Below, piece after piece: positions 52,588-64,000 of a stretch of 64,000 bases of DNA. Made by a program: the position numbers and the translations under genes. How positions within the stretch are numbered: the first letter of the stretch is position 1; each line of letters begins with the position of its first letter. Location: NCBI GenBank assembly GCA_963781585.1, contig CAWAGQ010000004.1, positions 480,001-544,000 of the forward strand. The letters run 5' to 3'. The notes beneath the pieces were generated by a model that was given only the letters and a program-made list of their open reading frames with translations, was not told where the DNA came from and made no database searches. Origin of the DNA: an uncultured Gemmatimonadaceae bacterium. GTDB taxonomy: Bacteria; Gemmatimonadota; Gemmatimonadetes; Gemmatimonadales; Gemmatimonadaceae.

Positions 52588-53669
52588 GCCTGGACCTTTC
52601 GCTGCTGCCCGATGGCGGCATGGGGTGGCTCGACGCGTCGGGAGAGCACGCCGACATGGTGCTCTCGACGCGCGTGCGCCTCGCGCGCAACATCGACGGG
52701 TACGCCTTCACGGGCCGCACCCGGGAAGGCGAACGCCTGCGCATCCTTTCGCAGGTGCGGGATGCCGTTCCGGCCGTGCGAAGCCTGGCAGGCGGCGTTT
52801 TCTTCCGGCTCGACGAGCTGGCAAGTAGTGACCGACAGCTACTCCACGAGCGTCATCTCATAAGCAGGGAGCTGGCCGGACTCGATTCGCCAACGGGTGT
52901 GCGTGGTGGGGCTGCGCTGCTGGTGGCTGAGGGCGTCAGCGTCATGGTAAACGAAGAGGATCACTTGCGCCTGCAGACGCTTCGGTCTGGACTCGACATC
53001 ACCGCGGCCATGGACGCGATCACCCATCTCGATCAGGAGCTGGGGAGCCGTGTGCCTTACGCGTTCCATCGCGAGTTCGGTTTTCTCACCGCGTGTCCAA
53101 CCAACACGGGAACCGGACTGCGCGTGTCAGTGCTGATTCATCTGCCGGGACTGGTCCTGACCAAGGAGTTCAGCAAGGTGCGGGCCGGGTTACAGCAGAT
53201 GGGTCTGACGTATCGCGGGCTGTATGGGGAGGGGAGCGAGGTGCTGGGCAACTTTGTGCAGATCTCGAATCAAACCACGCTGGGGCGGTCGGAGGAGGAG
53301 CTGGCGGACCATCTGTCCCGGGTTGTCAAACACGTCATCCAGCGCGAGCACGAAGCGAGGCGCGTGCTCTGGCGTGACGCGGGCTATATTATCGAAGACA
53401 AGCTCTGGCGCGCCTACGGGACGCTGCGGTATGCACGCAGCCTCACGTTCGATGAGGCGATGAATCTGCTCAGCGGCGTGCGCCTCGCCGTTGGTCTGAA
53501 ACTGGTCACCGGACTCAGTGTATACACGCTCAACAAGCTCCTGATTTTCTGCCAGGCGGCGCATCTTGCGAATGCGGAAGGGCGCGCGCTGAGCGAAAGC
53601 GAGGCCGATATCGCACGTGCCCGGTTCGTGCGAGAGGCGCTGGCGCGAGAGAGTGGCCCGGTCGCGTGA
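52584..53669 (+). CDS. mcsB: Protein-arginine kinase McsB
   Basis: STRVRLARN, ERHLIS, MVNEEDHLRLQ, GFLTACPTNTGTGLR.SV..HLPGL, RGLYGEGSE, QISNQ.TLG.SE. Confidence 0.95.
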   Translation: MSLDLSLLPDGGMGWLDASGEHADMVLSTRVRLARNIDGYAFTGRTREGERLRILSQVRDAVPAVRSLAGGVFFRLDELASSDRQLLHERHLISRELAGLDSPTGVRGGAALLVAEGVSVMVNEEDHLRLQTLRSGLDITAAMDAITHLDQELGSRVPYAFHREFGFLTACPTNTGTGLRVSVLIHLPGLVLTKEFSKVRAGLQQMGLTYRGLYGEGSEVLGNFVQISNQTTLGRSEEELADHLSRVVKHVIQREHEARRVLWRDAGYIIEDKLWRAYGTLRYARSLTFDEAMNLLSGVRLAVGLKLVTGLSVYTLNKLLIFCQAAHLANAEGRALSESEADIARARFVREALARESGPVA

Positions 53670-53694
53670 CGGCCGGGTTTTGTATGAGGGCGAA

Positions 53695-56190
<2,496 letters not shown>

Positions 56191-56218
56191 GCGGTTTCCG
56201 CTTCGGCAGTGTCCAATG

Positions 56219-56250
56219 GCCGGTCGGGTTGGTACGAACCCGACCGGCTT
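56219..56250 (+). terminator. 12-bp perfect hairpin after clpC (weak terminator or processing stem)
   Basis: GCCGGTCGGGTT/AACCCGACCGGC with loop GGTACG; only a short T tract follows. Confidence 0.45.
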
Positions 56251-56269
56251 CGCTGTGTATATTACCCCC

Positions 56270-58696
56270 ATGTCGCGAAACCTCTGGATTCTCATGGCCT
56301 TGGCTCTGTGTTCCGGCGTCGTCTCGGCACAGGATCAGGCGGCCGGGCGCTGCACCACGCCCGACTCGATCGTGGTGCGCGGCAACGAACGACTCGATCC
56401 GGTGACCGTCCGCGAAGACGCGGGGCTCGTGCAGGGCGTCCAGCTCAACTTCCGGATGCTGCAGAAGGCCCTGCGCCAGATGTACGCCACCGGTGAGTTC
56501 GACGCGGTCGATATCAACTGCGATGTCACACCGTCGGGTGATCATGCCTACCTGATCGTCGACGTCCGCGAGCGCAAGATCCTGCAGGATGTGGAGGTAA
56601 GCGGGGTGAAGAGGCTCGCGGAGCGGACGATCCGTGACCGGGCCGAAATGCCCCGCGGCAAGCCGGTCGATCCGGCTCTGGTCGCCCACGCGCTGTACGC
56701 GATCGATTCGACGTACGAGAAGAACGGCTACTATCTCGCGAGGGTCCGTGCCGAGACGACGCAGGTTTCTGACAACGCGGTCGGCATCATCTTCCATGTG
56801 GATGAGGGCCGGAGACTGGCCGTGTCCGGAATACAGGTGGAAGGGAATCGAATCGTGCCCGACATCGACATCGCGCACACCATGAAGACGAGACCGGAGG
56901 GCTTCTGGTGGTGGCAGCGCGGAGAACTGGACGACCAGATGTACGCCGCCGACCTCGCCTCGCGCATTCCGGAGCTGTACTCCAGTCGGGGCTTCATCGA
57001 CTTTCAGATGGAGCGGGACACGCTGATGATCGATCGGGACCACGGCAAGGCGCTGATCGACCTGTCGGTGAAGGAGGGTCCGGAGTACAAGGTGGGCAGT
57101 TTCGACGTGGTGGGGAGCCGGCATTTTTCCATTGACGACATTCACCGGTTCTTTCCGTTCGGGGACGAAACGCGTCCACTTGCGGCGCGCCTCAGCGATT
57201 TTCTCCGGCGCCGCCGTCCTCCGCCGTCGGGCGTATTCGACGAGTCGCAGTGGGAAGCCGCGACGGACCGCGTGCGCACGGCGTACAACAACGAGGGCTA
57301 CATCTACGCAACGATCCGGCCGGTGGTGGAGCGACACGTGGCGCCGGACTCCACCCGTTACGTGGATCTGCGCTGGGAAGTGGACGAGCAGTCGCCGGCG
57401 CTGATCAATCGCATCGACATTGTCGGAAACGACTACACCAGCGAGACCTGCATCCGCGACCAGCTGGTGATTCTCCCGGGCGACGTGTTCAACCAGGACC
57501 GGCTCATCAAGAGTTGGCAGAGCATCAGCAATCTGGGGTTCTTTGAATCACCCACTCCGCCGCCCGATACGCGTCGCGCCAACGATCAGGGCGACGTCGA
57601 CATCATCTTCAAGGTGAAGGAAAAGCGCACCGGCAACATCAACTTCGGCGGCTCGATGGGCCAGGGGACCGGGTTCGGCGGATTCATCGGCCTCGATCAG
57701 CCCAACCTGTTCGGCCAATGCAAGCGCGGCTCGTTGCAGTGGCAGTTCGGCCGGTACTTCAACGACTTCAACCTGACGTACTCGGACCCGCGCATCAAGC
57801 AGACGCAGCTCTCGGGACAGATCACCGCCTATCGAACGATGGCGCGGTATTACATCGCCGATCTCGGTCGCAGTCTGCGCACCGGCGCTCAACTGCAGCT
57901 CGGTCTCCCGGTCCGCTGGGATCCGTGGTCGCGCTTGTTCGTGTCCTACTCGGGTGAGTCGGTGAAGTTCGGCTCGAGCGGACTCCTCGGCGACGTCCGC
58001 AGCGAATTCGGAAACAACTCGTTCCGTTCGACGTTAGGCGTGTCGTACACGCGCGACACGCGGTTCGGCTTGCCGTTCCCCACCATCGGCACACTGCAAT
58101 CGGTATCCGCCCAATTCACCGGCGGACCGCTCGGCGGCACATCGGCGTTTCAGCGGTATACGGTGGAAACGAGCGCGTTCACGCCGCTGGCGCAGTTCGG
58201 TTCCCGTGCGCCCAGCGACCAGCCCATGGTGCTGGTGGCCGGGATCACCACGCACACGGGCGCGGTCTTCGGCAACACCGGACCGTTCTTCTTCTCGCAG
58301 GAATTCGCCCTGGGCGGCGTCCAGTACGGGGAGCGACTGCGCGGCTACGAGGAGTTCTCGATCACGCCCGACGGCTATGTCACCGGGACCGACACCTACA
58401 ATGCGCAGCGGGGATCGTTCGGGAAGGCGTTCCTGACCACGTCGGCCGAGATCGGGCTTCGGGTCAACAACTCGCTGTATCTCAACACCTTCTTCGACGC
58501 CGGCAACCTCTGGCGACGCGCCCGCGAGATCGACCCCACACGGATGTACCGGGGCGCGGGAATCGGCGCGTCGGCCATGTCGCCGCTCGGCCCGCTCGGC
58601 CTCGACTATGCCTACGGCTTCGATCGACTGGACGCCGCGGGGAGACGGGCGCCCAAATGGAAGTTACATTTCAGGCTTGGCCAATTGTTCTACTAG
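56270..58696 (+). CDS. bamA: Outer membrane protein assembly factor BamA
   Basis: Signal peptide, POTRA repeats (Y...GY, V.EG, I.I.GN), NLFG, LRGY, FFDAGN, SPLGPL..DYAYG, F.LGQLFY. Confidence 0.94.
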   Translation: MSRNLWILMALALCSGVVSAQDQAAGRCTTPDSIVVRGNERLDPVTVREDAGLVQGVQLNFRMLQKALRQMYATGEFDAVDINCDVTPSGDHAYLIVDVRERKILQDVEVSGVKRLAERTIRDRAEMPRGKPVDPALVAHALYAIDSTYEKNGYYLARVRAETTQVSDNAVGIIFHVDEGRRLAVSGIQVEGNRIVPDIDIAHTMKTRPEGFWWWQRGELDDQMYAADLASRIPELYSSRGFIDFQMERDTLMIDRDHGKALIDLSVKEGPEYKVGSFDVVGSRHFSIDDIHRFFPFGDETRPLAARLSDFLRRRRPPPSGVFDESQWEAATDRVRTAYNNEGYIYATIRPVVERHVAPDSTRYVDLRWEVDEQSPALINRIDIVGNDYTSETCIRDQLVILPGDVFNQDRLIKSWQSISNLGFFESPTPPPDTRRANDQGDVDIIFKVKEKRTGNINFGGSMGQGTGFGGFIGLDQPNLFGQCKRGSLQWQFGRYFNDFNLTYSDPRIKQTQLSGQITAYRTMARYYIADLGRSLRTGAQLQLGLPVRWDPWSRLFVSYSGESVKFGSSGLLGDVRSEFGNNSFRSTLGVSYTRDTRFGLPFPTIGTLQSVSAQFTGGPLGGTSAFQRYTVETSAFTPLAQFGSRAPSDQPMVLVAGITTHTGAVFGNTGPFFFSQEFALGGVQYGERLRGYEEFSITPDGYVTGTDTYNAQRGSFGKAFLTTSAEIGLRVNNSLYLNTFFDAGNLWRRAREIDPTRMYRGAGIGASAMSPLGPLGLDYAYGFDRLDAAGRRAPKWKLHFRLGQLFY

Positions 58697-58712
58697 GATA
58701 CGGGGAGCCCAA

Positions 58713-59330
58713 ATGCTTGAGTTGCGCCAGACGGTACGGTATGCGCTGTTCGCTGTCACGGTCGGTACGGCTCCGGTCAACGCGCAGAGCTCGCCACCGC
58801 TGAAGTTCGCGTATGTCGACACGCGTGTCATTCTGGACCGCGCGCCGGGCGCCAGCGACGTGCAGTCCCAGCTCGAGAAGGAGCGGGTTGCGAACATGGC
58901 GAGGGTGCAAAAGATGCAGGACTCCCTCAACGTGCTGGTGAATGCCTATCAGAAGGATGAACCGACGCTTTCGGATTCGCAGAAGGTGAAGCGCCGTGAC
59001 GCGCTGGAGAGCAAGCGCGCCGAATACGAGCAGCGCGCCAACGATCTGGACGACTCGTTGCAGAAGCACCAGGCCGATCTCGTTCAGCCCATCATGAGCC
59101 AGATCCGCGAAGTGCTGGACAAGATCCGCAGCGAGGAGGGGTTCGTCTTCATCTTCGACGTGGGGCAGAGCCCGGTCATCGTTGCCGCGGACAAGAACCT
59201 CGACATCACCGAACGCGTGATCGCGCGCCTCAAACCTATTCCGGTGAACGTCAGCAAGAGCGATTCCACCAAGCCCCCCGGAACGAAGCCCGGGCCGGCC
59301 GGTGTGAAGAAGCCGCCGCCAATACCGTGA
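58713..59330 (+). CDS. skp: OmpH/Skp periplasmic chaperone
   Basis: Signal peptide, KFAYVD, coiled coil, G...IFD, DIT..VI..L; between bamA and lpxD. Confidence 0.9.
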   Translation: MLELRQTVRYALFAVTVGTAPVNAQSSPPLKFAYVDTRVILDRAPGASDVQSQLEKERVANMARVQKMQDSLNVLVNAYQKDEPTLSDSQKVKRRDALESKRAEYEQRANDLDDSLQKHQADLVQPIMSQIREVLDKIRSEEGFVFIFDVGQSPVIVAADKNLDITERVIARLKPIPVNVSKSDSTKPPGTKPGPAGVKKPPPIP

Positions 59331-60394
59331 CGGCAGTCGTCGATCGCAAAGAGGAATGGCGCAGCGGTGAGGGTGAGCACACTCTCACCGCTGCCGGCAT
59401 TGCGGACATGGTAGGTGGTGAACTGCGGGGGCCACCCGACGTGACGGTTTCGGCCGTCGCCCCCATCCATCGGGCCACGGCATCGGACCTGACGTTTCTG
59501 GCGTCGGCGAAGTACGCATTCCATCTGGCGGGGCGTACGCCAGGCGTACTGCTGGTATCGCCCGAACTTTCCCAGATGCCCGGTGACGCCCTGGCGCGCG
59601 TCGTGGTCAAGAATCCGCACGACGCGCTGGTGAGCCTGTTGCCGCGCCTGTATCAGCCGCCGCCGAAAACGCCCGGCGTACACGCCACCGTGCGTCTGGG
59701 GCACGGAGTCCGGCTGGGCAGCGACGTCAGCCTCGGACCGTACGTGGTGATCGGGGACGGGGCGGCGATCGGCGACGGCACGACAATCGGGGCCCAGACG
59801 GTGGTGGGAGACGGGGTCACCATCGGCGCCGGTTGCCATCTGTATCCCCAGGTCACGATCTACCGCGGAGCAACGTTAGGCGCCCGGGTGGTGGTGCACG
59901 CCGGGGCACGGGTCGGAAGTGACGGATTCGGATACACGCTGCGCGAGGGAGCCCACCAGCCGATCCTGCACGTGGGTCGCTGCATCATCGAAGACGACGT
60001 GGACATCGGCGCAAATTCGACCATCGATCGCGGGAGCATCGACGACACCGTGGTGGGGGCCGGGACGAAAATCGACAATCTGGTTCACATCGCCCACAAC
60101 GTGCAGATCGGGCGGCTCTGCCTGCTGATGGCACAGGTGGGCGTGGCGGGTTCGGTGCGCGTCGGCGATGGCTGCGTTCTCGCCGGGCAGGTCGGCGTGA
60201 GCGGGCACGTGGAGATCGGCGCCGGTGCGCGGCTCGCGGCACAGGCCGGCGTGTTCGGCAACATCCCTGCCGGCGAAACCTGGTCCGGGTATCCGGCGCG
60301 CCCGCACAACGAATCGTTGCGCGCGTCGGCGGCCCTGTTCCGTCTGTCGGGATTGATGAAGCGCCTGGAACGCCTCCTGGCGGACCGGGAGTGA
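59327..60394 (+). CDS. lpxD: UDP-3-O-acyl-glucosamine N-acyltransferase
   Basis: LTFL...KY, hexapeptide repeats, [42 protein letters not shown]. Confidence 0.96.
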   Translation: MTAVVDRKEEWRSGEGEHTLTAAGIADMVGGELRGPPDVTVSAVAPIHRATASDLTFLASAKYAFHLAGRTPGVLLVSPELSQMPGDALARVVVKNPHDALVSLLPRLYQPPPKTPGVHATVRLGHGVRLGSDVSLGPYVVIGDGAAIGDGTTIGAQTVVGDGVTIGAGCHLYPQVTIYRGATLGARVVVHAGARVGSDGFGYTLREGAHQPILHVGRCIIEDDVDIGANSTIDRGSIDDTVVGAGTKIDNLVHIAHNVQIGRLCLLMAQVGVAGSVRVGDGCVLAGQVGVSGHVEIGAGARLAAQAGVFGNIPAGETWSGYPARPHNESLRASAALFRLSGLMKRLERLLADRE

Positions 60395-61701
60395 CTGCGG
60401 GAAACGCCGGGGTGAAGGAAACGGCAGTGGACGGCGCAGGCAGGCGCACGATCGCCCGGGAAGCGGCACTCGAAGGCGTGGGACTTCATCTCGGCCTCCC
60501 GTGCCGTGTGACGTTCCGGCCATCGTCAGGCGGAGGCATCATCTTCCGACGCACCGACCGGGTGGGCAGGCCGGTGATGCCGGCACGCGCCGACGTGGCC
60601 TTCCTGACCGAGCGGCAGACACAGCTCGGCGACGGGGAGGCGGCGCTGCACACGGTGGAGCACGTGCTGGCAGCGGTGGCCGGTCTCGGGCTCGACGACC
60701 TGGTGATCGAGATGGACGGCCCCGAGCCGCCGATTCTGGACGGGAGCGCGGGCCCGTACGTGCGGGCGTTGCAGGAGGCGGGAGTTGCGCCCAGCGCAGG
60801 GAAGGCCGAGTATCTGACCGTGGCCGTGGCGTTCCGTCACGAGGAGGGCGGGGCATGCTACGAAGTCAGTCCGGCCGAGGGGCTCGAACTCGACGTGACG
60901 ATCGAGTTCGCGCACCCGCTGGTAGGCGTGCAGCGTGGGCGGTGGGTGATCACGCCGGAGACGTTCGTGCGCGAGCTTGCCGACGCGAGAACGTTCGGCT
61001 TTGCCGATGAGGTCGACGTGCTGCGGGCACGTGGGTTGATTCAGGGGGCGTCGACCACCAACGCACTCCTGCTGGACGATTCCGGCGTGGTGGACAACAC
61101 GCTGCGGTGGACGGACGAGTTCGTCCGCCACAAGGCGATGGACTGCATCGGGGACCTGGCGCTTGCGGGAAAGCGGCTTCAGGCGCGCATTGTCGCGCGC
61201 CGGCCGAGCCATCGGGGGACTGTGACGCTGGTGCGGCAGCTGCTGCGTCGTGCCGCGAAGGAGCCGAGCGTGGTGGGGATCGAAGAGATCATGAAGGTGT
61301 TGCCGCATCGCTATCCGTTTCTGCTCGTGGACCGGATTCTCGAGCAGGAGGACGGAAAGCGGGCCGTCGGCATCAAGAACGTGACCATCAACGAACCGTT
61401 CTTCCAGGGGCACTTCCCGGGGCATCCGGTGATGCCGGGCGTGCTGATCATCGAGGCGATGGCGCAGGTGGGCGGCTACGTGCTGATGGGTCGCGTCAAG
61501 GACCGCGCCACGAAGGTCGTGTACTTCACGTCGCTGGACAACGTGAAATGGCGGCGTCCGGTGCGCCCCGGCGACCAGCTGCTGTTCGAAGTCGAGCTGA
61601 CGCAGATCCGCGGCATCGCCGCGCGACTCAAGGGCGTGGCACGGGTGGACGGCAACATCGTTGCCGAGGCCGAGATGTCGGCCATGCTGCGGGACAAATG
61701 A
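60391..61701 (+). CDS. lpxC/fabZ: Bifunctional LpxC deacetylase / FabZ dehydratase fusion
   Basis: [43 protein letters not shown]; then [42 protein letters not shown]. Confidence 0.95.
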   Translation: MTAGNAGVKETAVDGAGRRTIAREAALEGVGLHLGLPCRVTFRPSSGGGIIFRRTDRVGRPVMPARADVAFLTERQTQLGDGEAALHTVEHVLAAVAGLGLDDLVIEMDGPEPPILDGSAGPYVRALQEAGVAPSAGKAEYLTVAVAFRHEEGGACYEVSPAEGLELDVTIEFAHPLVGVQRGRWVITPETFVRELADARTFGFADEVDVLRARGLIQGASTTNALLLDDSGVVDNTLRWTDEFVRHKAMDCIGDLALAGKRLQARIVARRPSHRGTVTLVRQLLRRAAKEPSVVGIEEIMKVLPHRYPFLLVDRILEQEDGKRAVGIKNVTINEPFFQGHFPGHPVMPGVLIIEAMAQVGGYVLMGRVKDRATKVVYFTSLDNVKWRRPVRPGDQLLFEVELTQIRGIAARLKGVARVDGNIVAEAEMSAMLRDK

Positions 61702-62474
61702 CCGCCGAGATCCATCCCACCGCGATCGTCTCGCCTAACGCGCAGCTGGCCGACGGCGTGCGCATCGGACCGTACGCCATTGTGGGCGACGGGTGTGAAG
61801 TGGAGGCGGGCTGCGTGCTCGAGAGCCGCGCCGTTCTGCAGCGCAACGTGAAACTGGCGGCCGGCGTCACGGTAGGGATCGGCAGCATCCTGGGCGGTGA
61901 TCCCCAGGATCTCAAATACGACGGCGAGGAGACCTGGGTGGAAATCGGGGAGGGAACACGCATTCGCGAGTACGCGACCATCAACCGCGGCACAACGGAA
62001 TCCTTTCGGACGACGGTCGGCAAGCACTGCTTTCTGATGACGTACGTCCACCTCGCCCACGACTGCCACATCGGCGACGGCGTCATCATCTCCAATGGAA
62101 CCCAGCTGGCCGGTCACGTGACGATCGAAGACCGCGCGATCCTCTCGGGTCTGGTGGCAGTGCATCAGTTCGTGAAGATCGGCAAACACTCGTTCGTGGG
62201 CGGCTGCTCGCGGGTGGCGAAAGACGTGCCGCCCTTTCTGAAGGCGGTGGGGAATCCGGTGAAGTTGTACGGCCTGAACAGCATTGGTCTGCAGCGGAGC
62301 GGTTTCGACGACGCGGTCATTCGCGAGCTGAAGCGCGCCTACCGGCTGTTCTTCCGCTCGGAGCTGAACGTCTCGCAGGCGCTCGAACGTGCGCGATCGG
62401 AGCTGCAGCCGTTTCCGGAGGTGGCGCATTTTCTCCGGTTCCTCGAAGAGAGCGGACGCGGAGTGGTCATCTGA
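61698..62474 (+). CDS. lpxA: Acyl-ACP--UDP-GlcNAc O-acyltransferase
   Basis: IHPTAIV, PQDLKY, IREYATINRGT, HLAHDC, LAGHV, VHQF..IG, KDVPPF, GLNSIGL.R. Confidence 0.96.
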   Translation: MTAEIHPTAIVSPNAQLADGVRIGPYAIVGDGCEVEAGCVLESRAVLQRNVKLAAGVTVGIGSILGGDPQDLKYDGEETWVEIGEGTRIREYATINRGTTESFRTTVGKHCFLMTYVHLAHDCHIGDGVIISNGTQLAGHVTIEDRAILSGLVAVHQFVKIGKHSFVGGCSRVAKDVPPFLKAVGNPVKLYGLNSIGLQRSGFDDAVIRELKRAYRLFFRSELNVSQALERARSELQPFPEVAHFLRFLEESGRGVVI

Positions 62475-63484
62475 GCGCGCCACCAGTCCGGATCGGCGTA
62501 GTGGGGGCTGGGGCCCTCGGCTTCCACCACGTTCGCATTCTCCGGGATTTCGAAGAGGTGGAGCTGGTGGGGTTTCACGACCGGCGCCCGGCGCGCGCCG
62601 CGGAGGTCGCGGCCGATCTTGGCGTGCGCGCCTTCGAAGACCCCCTGCAGCTGATTCACGCCTGCGACGCCCTCACGGTGGTGGTGCCCACGCCGGCGCA
62701 TTTCGCGGTCGCGCGCGCGGCGCTCGAGCACGGGAAGCACGTGCTGATCGAGAAGCCCTTGACGGCGACTCTCGACGAGGCGGATGCCCTGCTCGCGATT
62801 GCCGCCCGGACCGGCGCGCTGGTGCAGACCGGGCACGTCGAGCGCTTCAATCGCGCCATCCGTGCGGCCCTGCCGTTCGTGGACCAGCCGCGGTTCATCG
62901 AGAGCGACCGATTGGCGCCGTTTTCTCCCCGCGGTGCGGATGTGGCGGTGGTGCTCGACCTCATGATTCACGACATCGATCTGATCCTCACCCTGGTCGG
63001 AGACGGCGTCCGGGACGTGTCGGCTGTGGGCGTACCGGTCCTGACACCGTTCGTCGACATCGCCAACGCGCGGATCACTTTCCTGGGCGGAGCGGTCGCC
63101 AACATCACGGCCAGCCGCGTCTCGCGCGAGCGCATGCGCAAGATCCGGATCTTCCAGAAGAGTGGCTACCTGTCCCTCGACCTGGCGACCGGAGCCGGGG
63201 AGTTCTACCGGATGAAGGGGGACCTGGATTTCGCGACGCTGGCGCAAGCACCCCTGCAGATCGAGGCCTTCGTGGAGCGCATTCCGCTGCAAGCCCCCGA
63301 TGGAGAGCCGCTGCGTCTGGAATTCGAAAGCTTCGTGTCGGCGGTGCAGGGTCGCGCCAGGGTCTCGGTGTCAGGGACGGCGGGTCGCGAGGCTCTGGCG
63401 GTGGCGCTCCGCATCCAGGAGGAAATCGAACGTACGCTGCCCGCCGTGGCCGGATCGACCGTCGCCGGAGCGGGCGGTGCGTGA
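62471..63484 (+). CDS. Gfo/Idh/MocA oxidoreductase (GnnA-like); probable CTG start
   Basis: LSAPPVRIGVVGAGALG, VPT..H, HVLIEKP, GHVERFN, VVLDLMIHDID, ASRVS; between lpxA and lpxB. Confidence 0.88.
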   Translation: MSAPPVRIGVVGAGALGFHHVRILRDFEEVELVGFHDRRPARAAEVAADLGVRAFEDPLQLIHACDALTVVVPTPAHFAVARAALEHGKHVLIEKPLTATLDEADALLAIAARTGALVQTGHVERFNRAIRAALPFVDQPRFIESDRLAPFSPRGADVAVVLDLMIHDIDLILTLVGDGVRDVSAVGVPVLTPFVDIANARITFLGGAVANITASRVSRERMRKIRIFQKSGYLSLDLATGAGEFYRMKGDLDFATLAQAPLQIEAFVERIPLQAPDGEPLRLEFESFVSAVQGRARVSVSGTAGREALAVALRIQEEIERTLPAVAGSTVAGAGGA

Positions 63485-64000
63485 GGTTCTGCTCGTCGCC
63501 GGAGAGGCTTCCGGCGACCTTCACGCGGCCGCGCTGGCTGAAGCGCTGCGCCGGTCGCGGCCCGATCTTTCCCTGGTGGGTGTGGGCGGACGGGGCATGT
63601 CGCAAGCCGGCGTGAAGCTTCTCGAGCACACGGACCAGATGGCCGTGATGGGCTTCGTGGAAGTGCTCCGCGGACTGCCGCATCACTTCGCCCTGCTCAA
63701 AGCGCTGACCCGACGGCTGCAGAGCGGCAGCGTGGCGGCGCTCGTGACAATCGACTATCCGGGCTTCAACATGCGCCTTGCGTCGGCGGCACGTCGGGCC
63801 GGTGTGCCGGTGCTGTACTACATCACGCCGCAGGTGTGGGCGTGGGGCTCGGGCCGGCTGCCCAAACTCGCGCGGCGCATCACGCGGGCTGCCGTCATTC
63901 TGCCATTCGAGGAGGAACTGCTGCGGGCGCACGGAATCGACGCTACCTTCGTGGGGCATCCCCTGCTGGACAGTGCGCGCGAGCTTCCGGGCCGCGACGA
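63477..64000 (+). CDS. lpxB: Lipid-A-disaccharide synthase, truncated at the right window edge
   Basis: Manual translation: MREVLLVAGEASGDLH, GVGG..M, AVMGFVEV, IDYPGFN, YYITPQVWAW, ILPFE, FVGHPL. Confidence 0.95.
   Translation, partial: MREVLLVAGEASGDLHAAALAEALRRSRPDLSLVGVGGRGMSQAGVKLLEHTDQMAVMGFVEVLRGLPHHFALLKALTRRLQSGSVAALVTIDYPGFNMRLASAARRAGVPVLYYITPQVWAWGSGRLPKLARRITRAAVILPFEEELLRAHGIDATFVGHPLLDSARELPGRD

Noticed and set aside
60391..61701. LpxC-FabZ fusion as a novelty
   Set aside because: Already known from Bacteroidota and related phyla; useful only as a taxonomic hint.

Overview
GC-rich bacterial chromosome segment, almost entirely + strand core genes. The 16S sequence, the LpxC-FabZ fusion, the PorV-like gene and mcsA-mcsB-clpC in a diderm suggest Gemmatimonadota (inference from memory, not a database result). 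Gene order: roadblock protein (partial), lipoprotein, serS, orphan histidine kinase, pcrA, gatCAB, Zn-phospholipase-C-family gene, murA (Cys->Asp variant), frameshifted pgeF/yfiH, rimP-nusA-L7Ae-infB-rbfA-truB-ribF, secDF-tatD, fhs-ridA, a 12-unit heptamer array, a selenocysteine-containing selD followed by tRNA-Sec, and lpxH. Next comes a compact bacterial microcompartment (BMC) cassette (two BMC-H shell genes, an acylating aldehyde dehydrogenase and PduL, both enzymes with encapsulation-peptide-like helices) that runs into thioesterase-lipoprotein-lptE-rfaE2-rph-rdgB. Then three tRNAs, a full 16S-23S-5S operon, era, Trm112-like, PorV-like, a GGDEF protein, a zinc-ribbon protein, prfB (+1 programmed frameshift), lysS-lolC/E-lolD-mcsA-mcsB-clpC-bamA-skp-lpxD-lpxC/fabZ-lpxA-gnnA-like-lpxB (partial). 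No mobile elements, CRISPR arrays or prophage were seen. Most notable: the BMC cassette with no signature enzyme or pentamer in view, the Sec-recoded selD with its odd heptamer leader, and a candidate multi-branch structured RNA at ~45147-45285. All calls come from manual motif reading; no searches were run.
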